DNA of 64,000 nt, taken from Podarcis vaucheri (Eukaryota). The stretch lies in NCBI GenBank assembly GCA_965113315.1, contig OZ220365.1. One strand, written 5' to 3'. The notes beneath the pieces are model-generated. The model was given only the letters and a program-made list of their open reading frames with translations, searched no databases and was not told where the DNA came from. Positions within the stretch are counted from its first letter, which is position 1. Each line of letters opens with the position of its first letter. Positions 48,941 to 61,472 of the stretch are shown in pieces. A program made the translations under genes and the position numbers.

Positions 48941-50750
48941 TATCGCCCAGCTCCAGTCAAGACTTACTGCAGCTTGTTCTTGTTAGGGGGATGTCCAAAC
49001 ATGGCCACTTAAAAGATGCTGTAGATGGCACATTCATTTGTGTCAGGATTTGTACCACATTGTATCTCAGACTGGGGAGTTACAGATTTGCTTCCCAACT
49101 ATATATGAAAAATGACTGCAATCCCTTCCAAGACACACACCATACAATTATAGTGAGCTTCTCCAAACAAAGAATCAGAACGAAATAAAACACACCAATG
49201 AGGTTACACCTTGAAAGGCTAGATTTCTTAGGGCACAAGTTTCCACACACTACAGTCCACTTCAGCAGGTGACATGTTAGCCCAGGGGTGACTAACCTTT
49301 TTTGGACCGAGGGTCACATTCAAAACAGGCCACATACCTTGATCATGTGTATACACACGGCTACATGCACATGTTAAACACACAAACATTCAAGCTTGGG
49401 GAAGCGGACAGGCAGACCCACATGTCTAGCCTGGGAAAAGGAAGAAGAGCAAGAGCAGCTTTCTAGCACTAGCTGTTTGCATTTTTAAAAATGCATGCAT
49501 TAACTGCAAAGACATCTCTAGCATGTCTTGTCTGGCCCTAAAAGATGGGAGGTACAAGGTCCCATGGTTTGAACAACTGCCACACCTTTGAACTCGGTTG
49601 TTGCCACAAGCAAAGCACTGTTTCTCAGCCAATACTACTGGCCTACCTTCCAAAGCTGTTGTATGGTTTAGTGGAGGTGAAGACACTTTGTATGGGGTAA
49701 AGCATCCCATAAATCCTAAGTCATAGAAATAACATTAAGTGTTAGCCTGGACGTGAGGGAATGGCACAAGGGACCGAGCATGTCTGTACAGGCTGGGCCT
49801 TTCAGCTTTAATTTGTGAATATGTTTTAGCCCCTCGATCTTCTGATTTAAATATATTAATCCTGCAACCCTACAAAAATGTAGCTGGGTAGAATCCTCTC
49901 TATACTATGCATATACTCACTAGACAGAGAAAGACGAAAACTGCTAGAGCAAAGAAGGGCTGCATTGATAGTTCTGTTTAGCAACAACTTCACCCAGAAG
50001 ATGTCACCAGAATACAAACCATGCTTAGTTGCTGCTCCTGCTGTGAGGAACACTAATGAAGGGATTTAAAATTAGAAGGTTTTAAATTAAAAAAAGCTCT
50101 AAAGGGAACATAAAGTATCTCACAATGTTATGTAAAAGCTGCCATTAATTAGAGCCAAGAGAACAAGCCCATGGGCCAGCCCAGCAAGACTGGTGGTATA
50201 TTAATTAAACGGAGTGTGAGAAGAGGAGGGTGCTACTCAATGCTTCCTGATTTAATGTTCAAAACAATCCGTCTTATAAAACAAGCTGAGGACACACATT
50301 GCTGGGTTCAAGCTGTATCCCACTGAAACTTTTGGTGGGACACAAAAGCTAATGAGCTAGGATATTATGTCACCCGTAAGGGCTCTGATTTGGGCCATAC
50401 ATTTGGTGCAGAATAGTTGCCCTTCCCCTCATTCTGTAGCTCTCCGTACATGAAAGCAATCCCCATGGGGATTCTATATAGCTCCTACAACTGGACACAC
50501 TATCCCACTCCTCTCTAAGTCCTCTGGGCATAGGCTTATCTTCCAAAGAGTAGGAGTCATTCCCTCATGTGTACTTTTAGAGCAACCTCCCCCAGCATGG
50601 ATCTCTCGTCCTCCACGACCATTTGCCATGCTGGCTGCAGCTGAAGGGAGTTGCGAGTTTACCATCAGCCTGGATAACTCAGCTGCCTGCAGGATCAATC
50701 CCTGTATGGGACAGCTGCATATTCCTGCACTGCAGGGGGTTAGACTAGAC

Positions 50751-50886
50751 CAGGCATAGGCAAACTCGGCCCTCCAGATGTTTTGGGACTACAATTCCCA
50801 TCATCGTTGACCCCTGGTCCTGCTAGCTAGGGATTATGGGAGTAGTAGTTCTAAAACATCTGGAGGGCTGAGTTTGCCTATGCCTG
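50751..50886. mobile_element. 136 bp palindromic hAT MITE inserted in a CR1 3' tail
   Basis: caggcataggcaaactc.. / ..gagtttgcctatgcctg; TSD gactagac / gactagat; flanks rejoin as attcctgcactgcagggggttagactagatggccctcatggtcccttccaactcta (CR1 end). Confidence 0.88.
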
Positions 50887-52811
50887 GACTAGATGGCCCT
50901 CATGGTCCCTTCCAACTCTACGAACAGCTCAAGGAGCGCCAGGTTGGGGAAGAGTGCTGTGCAGGAATAGGCTGGTGTATCTGAATGAGGCATGGAAGGG
51001 CCTTCCTTGAGTGTCAATAGATGCAACTTTATGCAGGAAGGGAATGAACAGGCTGAAAATCTCTGATTTCCAGCACCTCTTCATAAATTTACCTACTTCC
51101 CCCTGCTAGGTGCCCATTCAGTGAAACCATCTATCGCTTATCATGCCACCACTGCAGTCATTAGTCACGCATAAACTTACATGTTGCACAGAAATTATCT
51201 ACGTCAGTTCTTTGCAGTTCATTCCAAGAATAACAGTTTGGTGTGCTTGCATTCCTTAACCAAATTTAATTGCGTGATATTGCACCATATGCCAAATATC
51301 ACATTTTCTACAACATAGAATTTTATTTATAAACAAAGATCAAAATGCAGGCAGCAAGACACACACACAACAACCCAGTAAAGGAATGAATAAACTCCCT
51401 CATTATAGCCCTTAGTATTTAGATCACATATTTGATATTGAATTAATCAAGTGGATTATCATCTCTGATTGTACTTTACAATCAGTACATTTGAGTCGCC
51501 ACTTTACCCTTTGAAAGCATGAAACAAACACTGTGCTCCAAAGCACTAACACATCCTGGACCCATTTCCTTTTCTACTAAGGAAGATTCATGTGGTGGTA
51601 AAAAGATTTCCCTCACACAGCGAACATCGAAATAATATGCCTGTGGCTGCCAGAACAACATTGGGACCACACATAGTAAATTCAAGTTTTGGTAACCTAA
51701 AATGTGATGTGCCACAGCTTTGATGAAGATGAAAATGGATACATTTCTGCAACAAACACCATGGTCCCTTGTAAGAATAAAACAAAAGTGAAGGTACCCT
51801 TATGTGGTATGAATACTGAATTTAAGCAATACAAGACTAGATGTTAATTCCTATGAGCACAAGAGTTCCTCTGAATTTTTACTTAATTGGGACAAGATTT
51901 ATATGCCTGACATGATGCTATTTTATCAAGTACGGCAACAGCAAAAGCAAAAAGGAGTCACTTCCAGACACTGATGGCAAATCCTTCCATTTGCACATTA
52001 TCTTCTCTACAAATCCACCCAAAAATGATCATCGAATTCTGCCTGCAGTTTAGTGTTATTAGAATACAGCTTTCCTAGGCAAATTCTTTATCTAATGTGT
52101 CCCACACACAAACACAGTGTGTAACAGATGATGTGACATTCCTGCTATATAGAGATGTTGGCATCCATCTGTTCTGAGACAATGGAGTGTGCCCCTGAGG
52201 GTGAAGTCAAACAATTGTGTTAGCAGCAATAAGTGGCTTGCCTGGGGCACAAGCCTGCGCAGAGTATATGGAGGTCCTGGGCTGCCCAGAGGACAAGACC
52301 ACCCCCACCCCCCCAAGCCCTGCTGATGTGAGCAGGGCAAGGGGGAAACCGCTCAGACCCATGCCTAGAAAGTGCAAAGGAAGCAAAATAACCCTACTGA
52401 GATCTGTGCTTTTTAGGCACAGCACAAGTGGAAGTGTGGACAGGGCCCCTGTCTAGGCATGTTCATTTTATTGTATTCACTGGGGCTTACTCCAAGGCAA
52501 GTTATGCCTAGAATTTCAGTCTTAGGGTTCCTGGTAGCCAGGTATCAAATTATTAGTTATTAAGACCATCAGAGGAAGTCCTTCTTGGTGTCCCACCTAC
52601 AAGAAAAGTACACAGGTATGTGCAACAGAGAGGGCCTTTTCCAGTGGTGGCTACTGGCCTCAGAGGTTGCAGAGGCAGGGCCAAGGGAGAGTTAAAAGGC
52701 GGCACACTGAACTGTTAACAAGGGCCTCCATAAACTTCCAGCACAATGGGAAAAGATGATCCCTTCCTCCAGCTTTGTGACTTCTAGGTCTACCTTCCAG
52801 AATATGGAATA

Positions 52812-53012
52812 AAGTGGTAGGTTCTTAATCGGACTAGGATTTAAGAGAAGAGTTTCAAAATCACCACTGGGCCATGAAGCTTATTGTAAGACCTTGGGCC
52901 AAACATGGCCTCTCAGCCTGACCAACCTCACAATGATTGTATTACATGGGGAATAGGGATACCTTGTTTGCTACTTTGAGCTCTTTCGAAGGATGTAGTG
53001 ATTTAAATGTAA
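52812..53012 (+). mobile_element. Old MIR/CORE-type SINE
   Basis: ..ggactagga..tttcaaaatc.ccact.ggccatgaagc..gaccttgggcca..tctcagcctgaccaacctcaca.. core-like pattern. Confidence 0.6.
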
Positions 53013-53901
53013 AAGACGATGATCTCCCACCTGTCTGCCCCCCCCATTCTGAAAGGAGTTTTGGAATAACACAAAAACAAACCTAAAAAAAACACCAACT
53101 AGGATATTATTGCCTATGAGCAATAGATTTCAAGTGCAGATCCTCAGCATATCCATTGTGTGGAAAAACGCTGGGACAGGAATCTGAACCACCCCCTGCA
53201 GTTTTCTACATTTGTAATAATGTTTTAAATTTGTTCAAGTGTTTTGTAGTGTTTTCTCCTCACAACAGCCTTGCGGAGTATGCCACCAGCACAATTTTAG
53301 CAAAAGGAAAGAAAATGTACTTCCCCCTTAACAAAACCACAGGCTTGGAGGACACCCAAAGTATCATTCAAACCAACCCCCTAAATCTTGTAACAATACA
53401 TTTCCTGTTTTTTCATTTCTGCTGTGAGTGATGGGTTTGTTACCCTTTGGAAGTGTACCACACAATTTTATGTGTACAAGCTCTGAGAGTAATCTACCCC
53501 ACAGCTACCTAAACAAGGAGACGTAAGTGCTCCATTCCCCAAATACAATAGTAATATAACTTTAAAAATAAAATACAGACTCACACTTGGTGCACCAGTG
53601 CCCTGCAGTCTTGCTCCTTCACAGAAGCACCAATAATCCTTCCACTGGAAAAGCCATTAATAACAGAAGGGGGGAAGCTGCTTTGCTCACCTGCTGGCTG
53701 GGCTCTCAGCAAATGGGGCTTTACCCACAATTCAGCAGGCTGCTTTGCAAAGGAAAAGGTCTGGGCATGCTCAGATCAGAAGAATGATTCTAATTGGCTG
53801 CCAGTTTTCAGGGCTTGGGAGTAAAAAGGGAAGCAATTTGGGGAGTGTTTTTCTCAGCTGCCTGCTAACACCTGTGACCTGATTAGCTGGATTGCCTATA
53901 A

Positions 53902-54037
53902 CTGTGATGGCCAAACTTGGCCCTCCAGCTGTTTTGGGACTACAGCTCCCATCATCCCTAGCTAACAGGACCAGTGGTCAGGGATGATGGGAACTGTAGT
54001 TCCAAAACAGCTGGAGGGCCAAGTTTGGCCATCACTG
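53902..54037. mobile_element. 136 bp palindromic hAT MITE
   Basis: TIRs ctgtgatggccaaacttggccctccagctgttttgg / ccaaaacagctggagggccaagtttggccatcactg; perfect 8 bp TSD gcctataa. Confidence 0.92.
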
Positions 54038-57000
54038 GCCTATAAGGATGCAAATGAAGATATGGACCAGGGGCCCTATCAGTTGCTATGTGTGTGTTTT
54101 TTTCTGCCTGAATTTGAATGGGAGGGATTTCCTGCCTAAAGCAATAGTTTTGGCTTGGATTGGTTGAGCAGTGAAACAAACTGCTTGGCTGATTGTCAGA
54201 AATAGCTACAACAATTCAAATGGAAGGCTAGGGAGTGTGCAGGTAACAGAAAATAGTGTGGTTTTGGACAGCAGGCTATTTGAGGGAAAATTTGTAATTT
54301 CCCCCCTTTAAACCACACACGACTGGACAGTGCCCCAGTCACTCTATTTGACCAGCTTTCACTGGCCTTTGTGAAAAGGGACACAAGTAGTGCTGTGGTC
54401 TAAACCACTTGATTTACATTGCTTTTAACATTATTTTATGTATTTCAGGATTTATGCTCCCTGCTCTGAATGATGTGGTAAATGAATTATTTAACTAATT
54501 AAATATATAAATGAATGAATGGAGTGAATATTCCAAATACTTAAGCACCAACTTAAGCACCAACAACAGGGTTCTCATCTCTTAGGATGTTTCCAGCCCT
54601 GTTTAACCAAACAAGTGTACTTATTCCTACCCCAACATCTTTCCTCATCCCAAATGGCCGAAGGGTTCCTGCTTGAATAATGAATTTGTTGTTCAGAACA
54701 TAGAGGAGCATTTGTTAGGATTACACAAGCTTTTTCCTCATGGAATGCACTGGTGGAAGAATGTGAACATCTGTTAGAAAAAAAAGAGTTATCTGAAAAG
54801 CCAGATTTCAGAACGAGACTTTGCATGTGCAGCTGCGAGTGACTCCACCTTCACACCCTTTGGTCTGGTGGCATTCAATTTTGTGTGTGCGTATTTTATG
54901 ATTTGCTTTTGGGCTCATGGAAGCTTCATTGCCATTGGTATACTTTTGGTCCTCAACTACAGTCACACAAAACCTATTTAACAAGATTTTACTGAGGAAC
55001 TTAGGAAAGAAGTACTTGTTGTGTTTATTTAAAAAACATAAATGAATGAGCCCCATACACTGCATTCATTTTAGCTATAAAAATGAATAGGAATGCAAAC
55101 AGGGGAACCACTCCTTGCTCACTGAATTATTTCCTTATTCATTTCTATTCAGATAAAAACTAGTCCAGAAGAAGCCTGCACAGAAAAGTTACAGCGAGTT
55201 AGGAAGAGCCAAGTTCTTTAGGCTGTGTCTGTGTCTTTCAAAAATTGCCTATAAAATAGCTACCCTCTCCCCAAACTGTTTGGAATTTGACAGGTATAAT
55301 GCTGTGCCTGAGAATGTCATGCCCATTTGTATGGAAAACACAAGCTACAGACAGCAGAGCACTAGTTGGTTTCCCTCTGAAGGCAATGGGATATGAAAAA
55401 GAAAGGGAATTATTAAAATGAATGAACTAGTTCTGAATAAATAATGAAATCAATCAACTGCAAAGAACTTAATAACAAAATTAAAAAAGAAACAAAAAAC
55501 CCTCCCCTTATATACATCTAGAAAGGAATGTGCAACAGCACAAGTGATGACGCTCCTATCACAGTACTTTAGGCTTTCTGAGAAAACTATCATTTGTCTA
55601 CAAGCCTCTCCCCTCCTGTAATGCCTTCCCTCTCTCTTAAGAAGTAGCTTGACTCAGGAGGGTCTGGTGCCAAAATCTGTACAGTTACTGGAAAACACCA
55701 GCTTTAGCAGCCATTAAATAAAATTTAAAAATTATTCCATTTCTATCCCGCTCTTTCTCCCAAAGCTCAGGGTAGCAGGTTTTTAAAATACAAAGGTTTT
55801 TAATGCTTTGTTCTGTTATTGATGCTGGAATATATCTACACCAACATGGGCCCCTTTAAGAGGAAGGATGGGGGTAACAAACAAAATAAAATTCTATTGC
55901 CTTGAGTGCCTACTTCATTCCGCTGCACCTGTGGAGACGGGGGCGGTCATTCCATTAGGAAGTGTGAGGCAGCTGCTTCAGGCAGTGTGGCTGCTGGGGT
56001 GTGTGTGTGGACTGGTAGTCAGGTGCCAGAGAAACGATGGTGTGCGCTGCATGTCCTGCCCTAAACACCTTAAACTAGTCCGCCACTCTTGGCATTGAAG
56101 ATTCGACTGCCCGTCTGGTTGACTTCGATACATGGAATGGGAGTCGGTGCCATCTTGTCCTTAACATCAGCCACACAAAAACGCTTTGGGTCAGCCCTTA
56201 CCAGCTCACTTCCACCTGATGGAGAGATCTGGCTTTGCTTCTTATGAGTAATTCCCACCCACCCCCAGCTCTTCCAGCTGAGCAGAGGTTTCCAGGCACT
56301 ATCCCTCCCCTCCCCTCATAGCTTAGCTATCCTTACTGATCTTGTAAAAGCAGAACAGTTGCACACTTGGCATGGTATCCCAGCAAGCAAGTCACAAGAC
56401 TCTGGCACATAACCAGCCCAATGAGCTGATGATGCCATATTGGCACAATCATTCTATAATTCATCAACACCCAAGGCTGGGACGGTGTGGGGCGGGGCTC
56501 TATTAAACTAGAGTTTTAAGGAAGTCTAGACTTTCCTCGTGATTTAGATCCACACACCATCCGTGTTCTAAACAGAGCCTATATTCATAAATCAAACACT
56601 TTATCTTCAGACCTTCCCCCAATGCATGGGCAGTGGAACAGCAACACTAGCAGGGGCATGACACTCGGGGTAAGGCCAACAAGCCTCATTCTTTTCCTTC
56701 AAGACTTCATGGGGAATGCTCTAATAGGGCTTATGTCCGTTTTGAAAGAAATGGCATTGCATTACTGTTCGTTTCCATGCAGTGGCTTGTTTCCAATGTT
56801 GCCACTTCCACTTGTGCAACCCCCCTCCTGCACCCACAAAATCTGCTTCAGGGGGTTGGGGTGCAGAAGGGAAGCCCCCTTGCACAAGCAGAATTTCACT
56901 TGTGCAACACGGGAGACAACTCCGTGCTTCTTTGCACTGATCCCTGCCCAAAATTACTGTCCCATTTCTATAAAAATAGAATAGTAGGATTTCCAAAATT

Positions 57001-58789
57001 TTGACAGGTCAGATTTGCATTATCATGCCAACAGATGCCTCAACCTAGCAACAAAAAGCCAGAAAGCAATCTCCCATTTACTTCCATCTGCTGCATTAAC
57101 ACCATTACTCCTACATTTTAAACTTTGCATTCAAAGAGGTTGAGCTGTATTTTCAGTTACAACGAGAAAAGCCCAGAATGTAACACAACGGATTAAGGTT
57201 TTGAAAACAGTTGTGAGAAATGACATTTAAAAATCCAGTTTAATCGTTTTCTGTTTGCTTGCTATGTTAGTTCAACAATGACATTCAGAGTGGCTCTCGC
57301 TATTAATTTTATTAAAAGACTTGAGACATATTTAAGCCTTCATCTGAATTTCCACTAAAATCAGCAATGGCCACTGGGCAACCAATCATTCTATTCACAA
57401 GCTTCTTAAGAGATAAAGCCTCTGCTTGAATAATCTCAAATGAAAAACTAAGTCCTACATTTGTTGGCAATCTACGTTTTCACTGAAGGACATGGGCTAA
57501 TGTACTCACCATTAGAAAAATGAAACACACAGCCCTACTCAGATATGTAATCCACAGGGGGAGAGAACATTTGTGATGCAAATCGGTTTCCTTAAACAAT
57601 TAAATGGTCTTTTGTTGAACTTCTATGGATGCAATTATAACTTCTCACAGAGACAAGAAGAATTGACAAAATGAAAATGCATTTTCATTATGTATTCATC
57701 GCATACAAAATATTGTGTGGGGGAGGAAAACCCTTATTTTTTTAAGACAGAAAATAATTGCAGAAAGTTTGAGCTGATTCTATGGCAAGAAAAGCTCCAT
57801 CTGTTAAAAAAGTTGCATTTACAGAATCAATATATATTGAGTGTTAAAATCAGGCTCCAGAATTCCATCAGACTGCACCATCTTGATCTTAAGAAATGAA
57901 ACCCAAAATGGAAATTTGTAGAGGAAGGGATTGAGACAGTGGATATCATTAGATTTTAGTGGCCAAAACCGGGGGAGGGGTAGAATCTTGGAATTTTTTT
58001 TGGTTCAATCAATAAAAGTCTAAAAATGAGACATCTATAATAGGTTAAGAATATGTTACTATCAAGTTGGAAAAAAGGAAGACCAACAGCCCTGTTTTTG
58101 AGTTCTTGGAAAGACAAACTCTGTGATGGAATTGTCTACAAACAGTTGATGCTCACATCACATCCATCTAATGCAAAGAAGATTCCATTAACATTAATAT
58201 GTCAGCTTCCAGTCAGTCACTGAAAATGGTTACCATATGATACGGGTCCTTAGAATCATAAACTGCAGAGGGCCAGCAGCCCTGACAATTTTTCTTGGCT
58301 ACCTTTCAGGAGGAGGAGGAAGTGCTTGCTCTGAGCTTGTCATCTGCAAAACAGGTTCTCAATTTTAAGTTGAACCTGCATTCCTACAAACAATTAGTGA
58401 TTCTCAAACCCTAAAGAAGTCACGAGACTATCCTCAGAAATACAGTTTGAGCACTGAGATGTAACCGGTATAATTAACTGTATTGCCTAATTGTGATTTT
58501 ATTGGGCTGTAAAAAAGCCGAAAGAATATTTGAGATGTGATATGCAATGATGTGTGTCTGCTTAATTCTATCATTAGACATTCTAGAGAAGGCCAAATGA
58601 AAAGTACGACCTGCATAAAACTACTAGCAGTAAATAAAACCAGTCCAAACTGTTTACACAATAGGGAGAAAGGAGGAAAGATCTACACTCTACATTGTCA
58701 TCTACTGCACTCATAAACATTCAAGTAGTGATGCAGCTACATTTACAAATGGCAACCAATAGGTTCAGGTTGGTGTAATCCGAAGCAGG

Positions 58790-59345
58790 CTGAGTCTTAA
58801 TGTGCAGGGCAAAAATGATGCACATTGGGACAAAATTATATATAACACATATATCGATGAAGTCTATACTGCGTGTGACAGGGATTTGGACTCCTTGTGG
58901 AAAATTCACTGAAGAGATCAACTCAACAGATTGCAGCAGTACAAAGGGCCCATTCAATGTTAGTAATTTTCAGGAAAGGAGTTAAAGATAAGATGTCATA
59001 ATATCATAATGTCATTATGTAAATCCTTGGTGCAGACACATTTAGAATATTATGTGCTGGAAAACATACAATAAAGGGAAAACTAAAACAATCCTAGAAG
59101 ATGGGACACTTCTCAATGAACAAGATTTTTAGTTGATGGGAGAAATTGTTTTGAAGAGAGAAATGAAAATCTGGATAGAGGATATATTTTTGCTCACTCA
59201 TAACAGAACTTAGTACCACTGAGTGGCATTAGATTCAAAGCAGGCAAAAGAAAATAAGTTTGTACAACACAAGGATTAACTTGTGGAATTCACTGCTAAA
59301 AGATATGGGGATCAACATTTGTTTAGATGGCTTTTAAAAATCAGG
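58790..59345 (+). mobile_element. Old CR1 ORF2 3' fragment (host of the L1-derived insertion)
   Basis: Decayed KMMHIGTK, SML.IFRKG, LCKSLVQTHLEY, NLWNSL, LDGF motifs; appears to resume after 61490. Confidence 0.75.
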
Positions 59346-59352
59346 TTAGGTT

Positions 59353-61472
59353 GAGAACTTCTGGGTTAGCGCCACCGGCAATGGTGGATTTCCTCTGATC
59401 TGGAGGAATCTGCTCCGTGAAAATCAGGGTCTGGACTGCCACAACGAGGTGGAGACCCATCAAAACCACAGGCGGGAGAAACCTGTGGACCTGGGATTCG
59501 GCTGGTATCTTTTGTGCCTCCCCTACTCGCAGGGAAACCCGGCTACGGGGATCCGGAGCGATGTGGGGTGAGCGGCGAAGCGATTGCTCTTTTCATGGAG
59601 TGAAGCCGCATTGCTGTTGTCGGAGAGCGCTGACTTTTTTCCTGTGGACAATTGGACCCTAAACAAGTACCCGTGAGTAGAACGGAAAATTGGATTATTA
59701 AACTTCGTAATTTGGCACCAGAGCGGGAAGGTCTAAACAGGAAATCCGCCTTCCGCTTTTGTAAATAGCTTGAAGCAAAGACATCGCAAGCTAAAGTCTG
59801 GAATGTAATCTGTAAAGGACTAAATTTCCATCGATTAAAACTACAAAAAAACCCTTGGAAGCAGGAGAAGAGGGGGGAAATCTTAAATTGTTCAATCCTG
59901 CAGGAGAGGGAGTAAAGAAAGATAAATTTCTATCGTCTTGAACCTGGGAACGGGCTGTCAAAGATAGACATTTTGGGAAAGTTCATTGACTGTGAATAAT
60001 AACGTATGTTGACAGATAGTCAAATAAGAGAAACACACTGACTCCAATGTTTCCTTTTGCACTAAAAAGGAACAAAGATTTGAAAAACGAAAGCAATTTT
60101 GTTGCTGGATCTGCTTGTAAAAGGATGGATACAAACAGAAATTGTTTCCTCTAGAGGGAGCTTTTGAACTGTTGTTGGAGTAGACCTGGGGAACTCTACG
60201 GCTGTAGAGATTAAGGATCGTGAGAAACAGACATTGACCTTGGACAAGAATGTTGACACAGGAAGCCTTAGTGTCTGCTTTGTGCAGGACAAGTGCTTTG
60301 TTGAAGCAGCTTCATGCGAAGATGGATTTGATGACTACTGCAATTGATAATTTCGGTCAAACAGTGAACACTGATATAGAACCTGCTCAAGAATTAACCC
60401 AGGAATCTGCCCTGACAGGGCAAGCGGCGGAGAAGACAAAGGAGGAGGTTGTTGTTGAACCTCAAGTAATACAAGTTGAGAGAGATGCGGCCTTGCAAGA
60501 ACATAAGCTGTTGTTTCTGGTGACTGAATCTGGAGTGAGTCAGACTTGGAGAGACGGAGTCCTGTCGGGACTGGAGATGGCAAGTTGGTCACATCCTCCT
60601 ATGCAGGGATGTCCTGACTTTTGGGATTTGGTTTCGGGCCAGGAGGAGATTGGGAGTGGTCGAGGCCCTCAAATTTGGAGGGACATTGAAGTATGGTTTG
60701 GAATATTTTTCGGATTTTAGTGCTAACCATGGAGAACGGGTTGACCGGTTGAAAAGGGATAAAGACATTCTTAGGTTGTTCCCCCGAGATCTACTCCTCA
60801 GAGACAAAGGAAGGAAATTAAGTACAAGACCAGCAGAAGACAAAGTAAAGTGCAGGTACAATTATGAAGAAGATCTGCAGAAGGGACATGGAAAAGAGTT
60901 AAGAGCCTCGGACATAAGATCACCAGGTTGATGGACTAGATGGAACAGACAGAAAGGACTGACAGAACCCGAGACCAGGAAGAAGAGACGGTGGCAGAAA
61001 GCTTAAAAATTCATTTAGAAAAATATTGCAAAATTAATGACTGTTAGGAAAATCTTGGAATGAAACTATTAGGTTTTAGTAGAAATGTTATAAGGAGTTA
61101 TGTATAAATAAGTTTTTAAGTTCTAAGGTTTTTTTATGGTAAGATAAGGCTAAAATAAATTAAGACAACTAAAGGACAGAATACAGTGAAAGATGGAAAG
61201 GATTTGCTGAGATAATTAATAATTAGAATACAAAAAAGGGAGGTGTGAGGAGGTCGATGAAACAAGTTAATGAAGATAAGGATATGGGAATATTGGATTT
61301 GTTTTAAAATTTATTCTTTTGCTCTTGTTTTTGATTTTAGTGTATTGTATGTTTTGTACTTTTTATTCTCCTTTTATTGATTTGTATTGTTTAATCTCTT
61401 TTTTCTTGCTTTTTATTTTTCTTTTTTTATGTAACTTTAAATTCCCAATTAATATCATTTTAAAAAATAAAA
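59353..61472 (+). mobile_element. 2.1 kb non-autonomous L1 derivative (5'UTR, ORF1-like region, ORF2 tip, 3'UTR, A tail)
   Basis: TSD (t)aaaaatcaggttaggtt at 59335-59352 and 61473-61490, at a TT/AAAA site; CpG-rich 5' end; overlapping ORFs 60250..60720 and 60650..60931; T-rich 3'UTR and A-rich tail; no EN/RT sequence. Confidence 0.8.
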
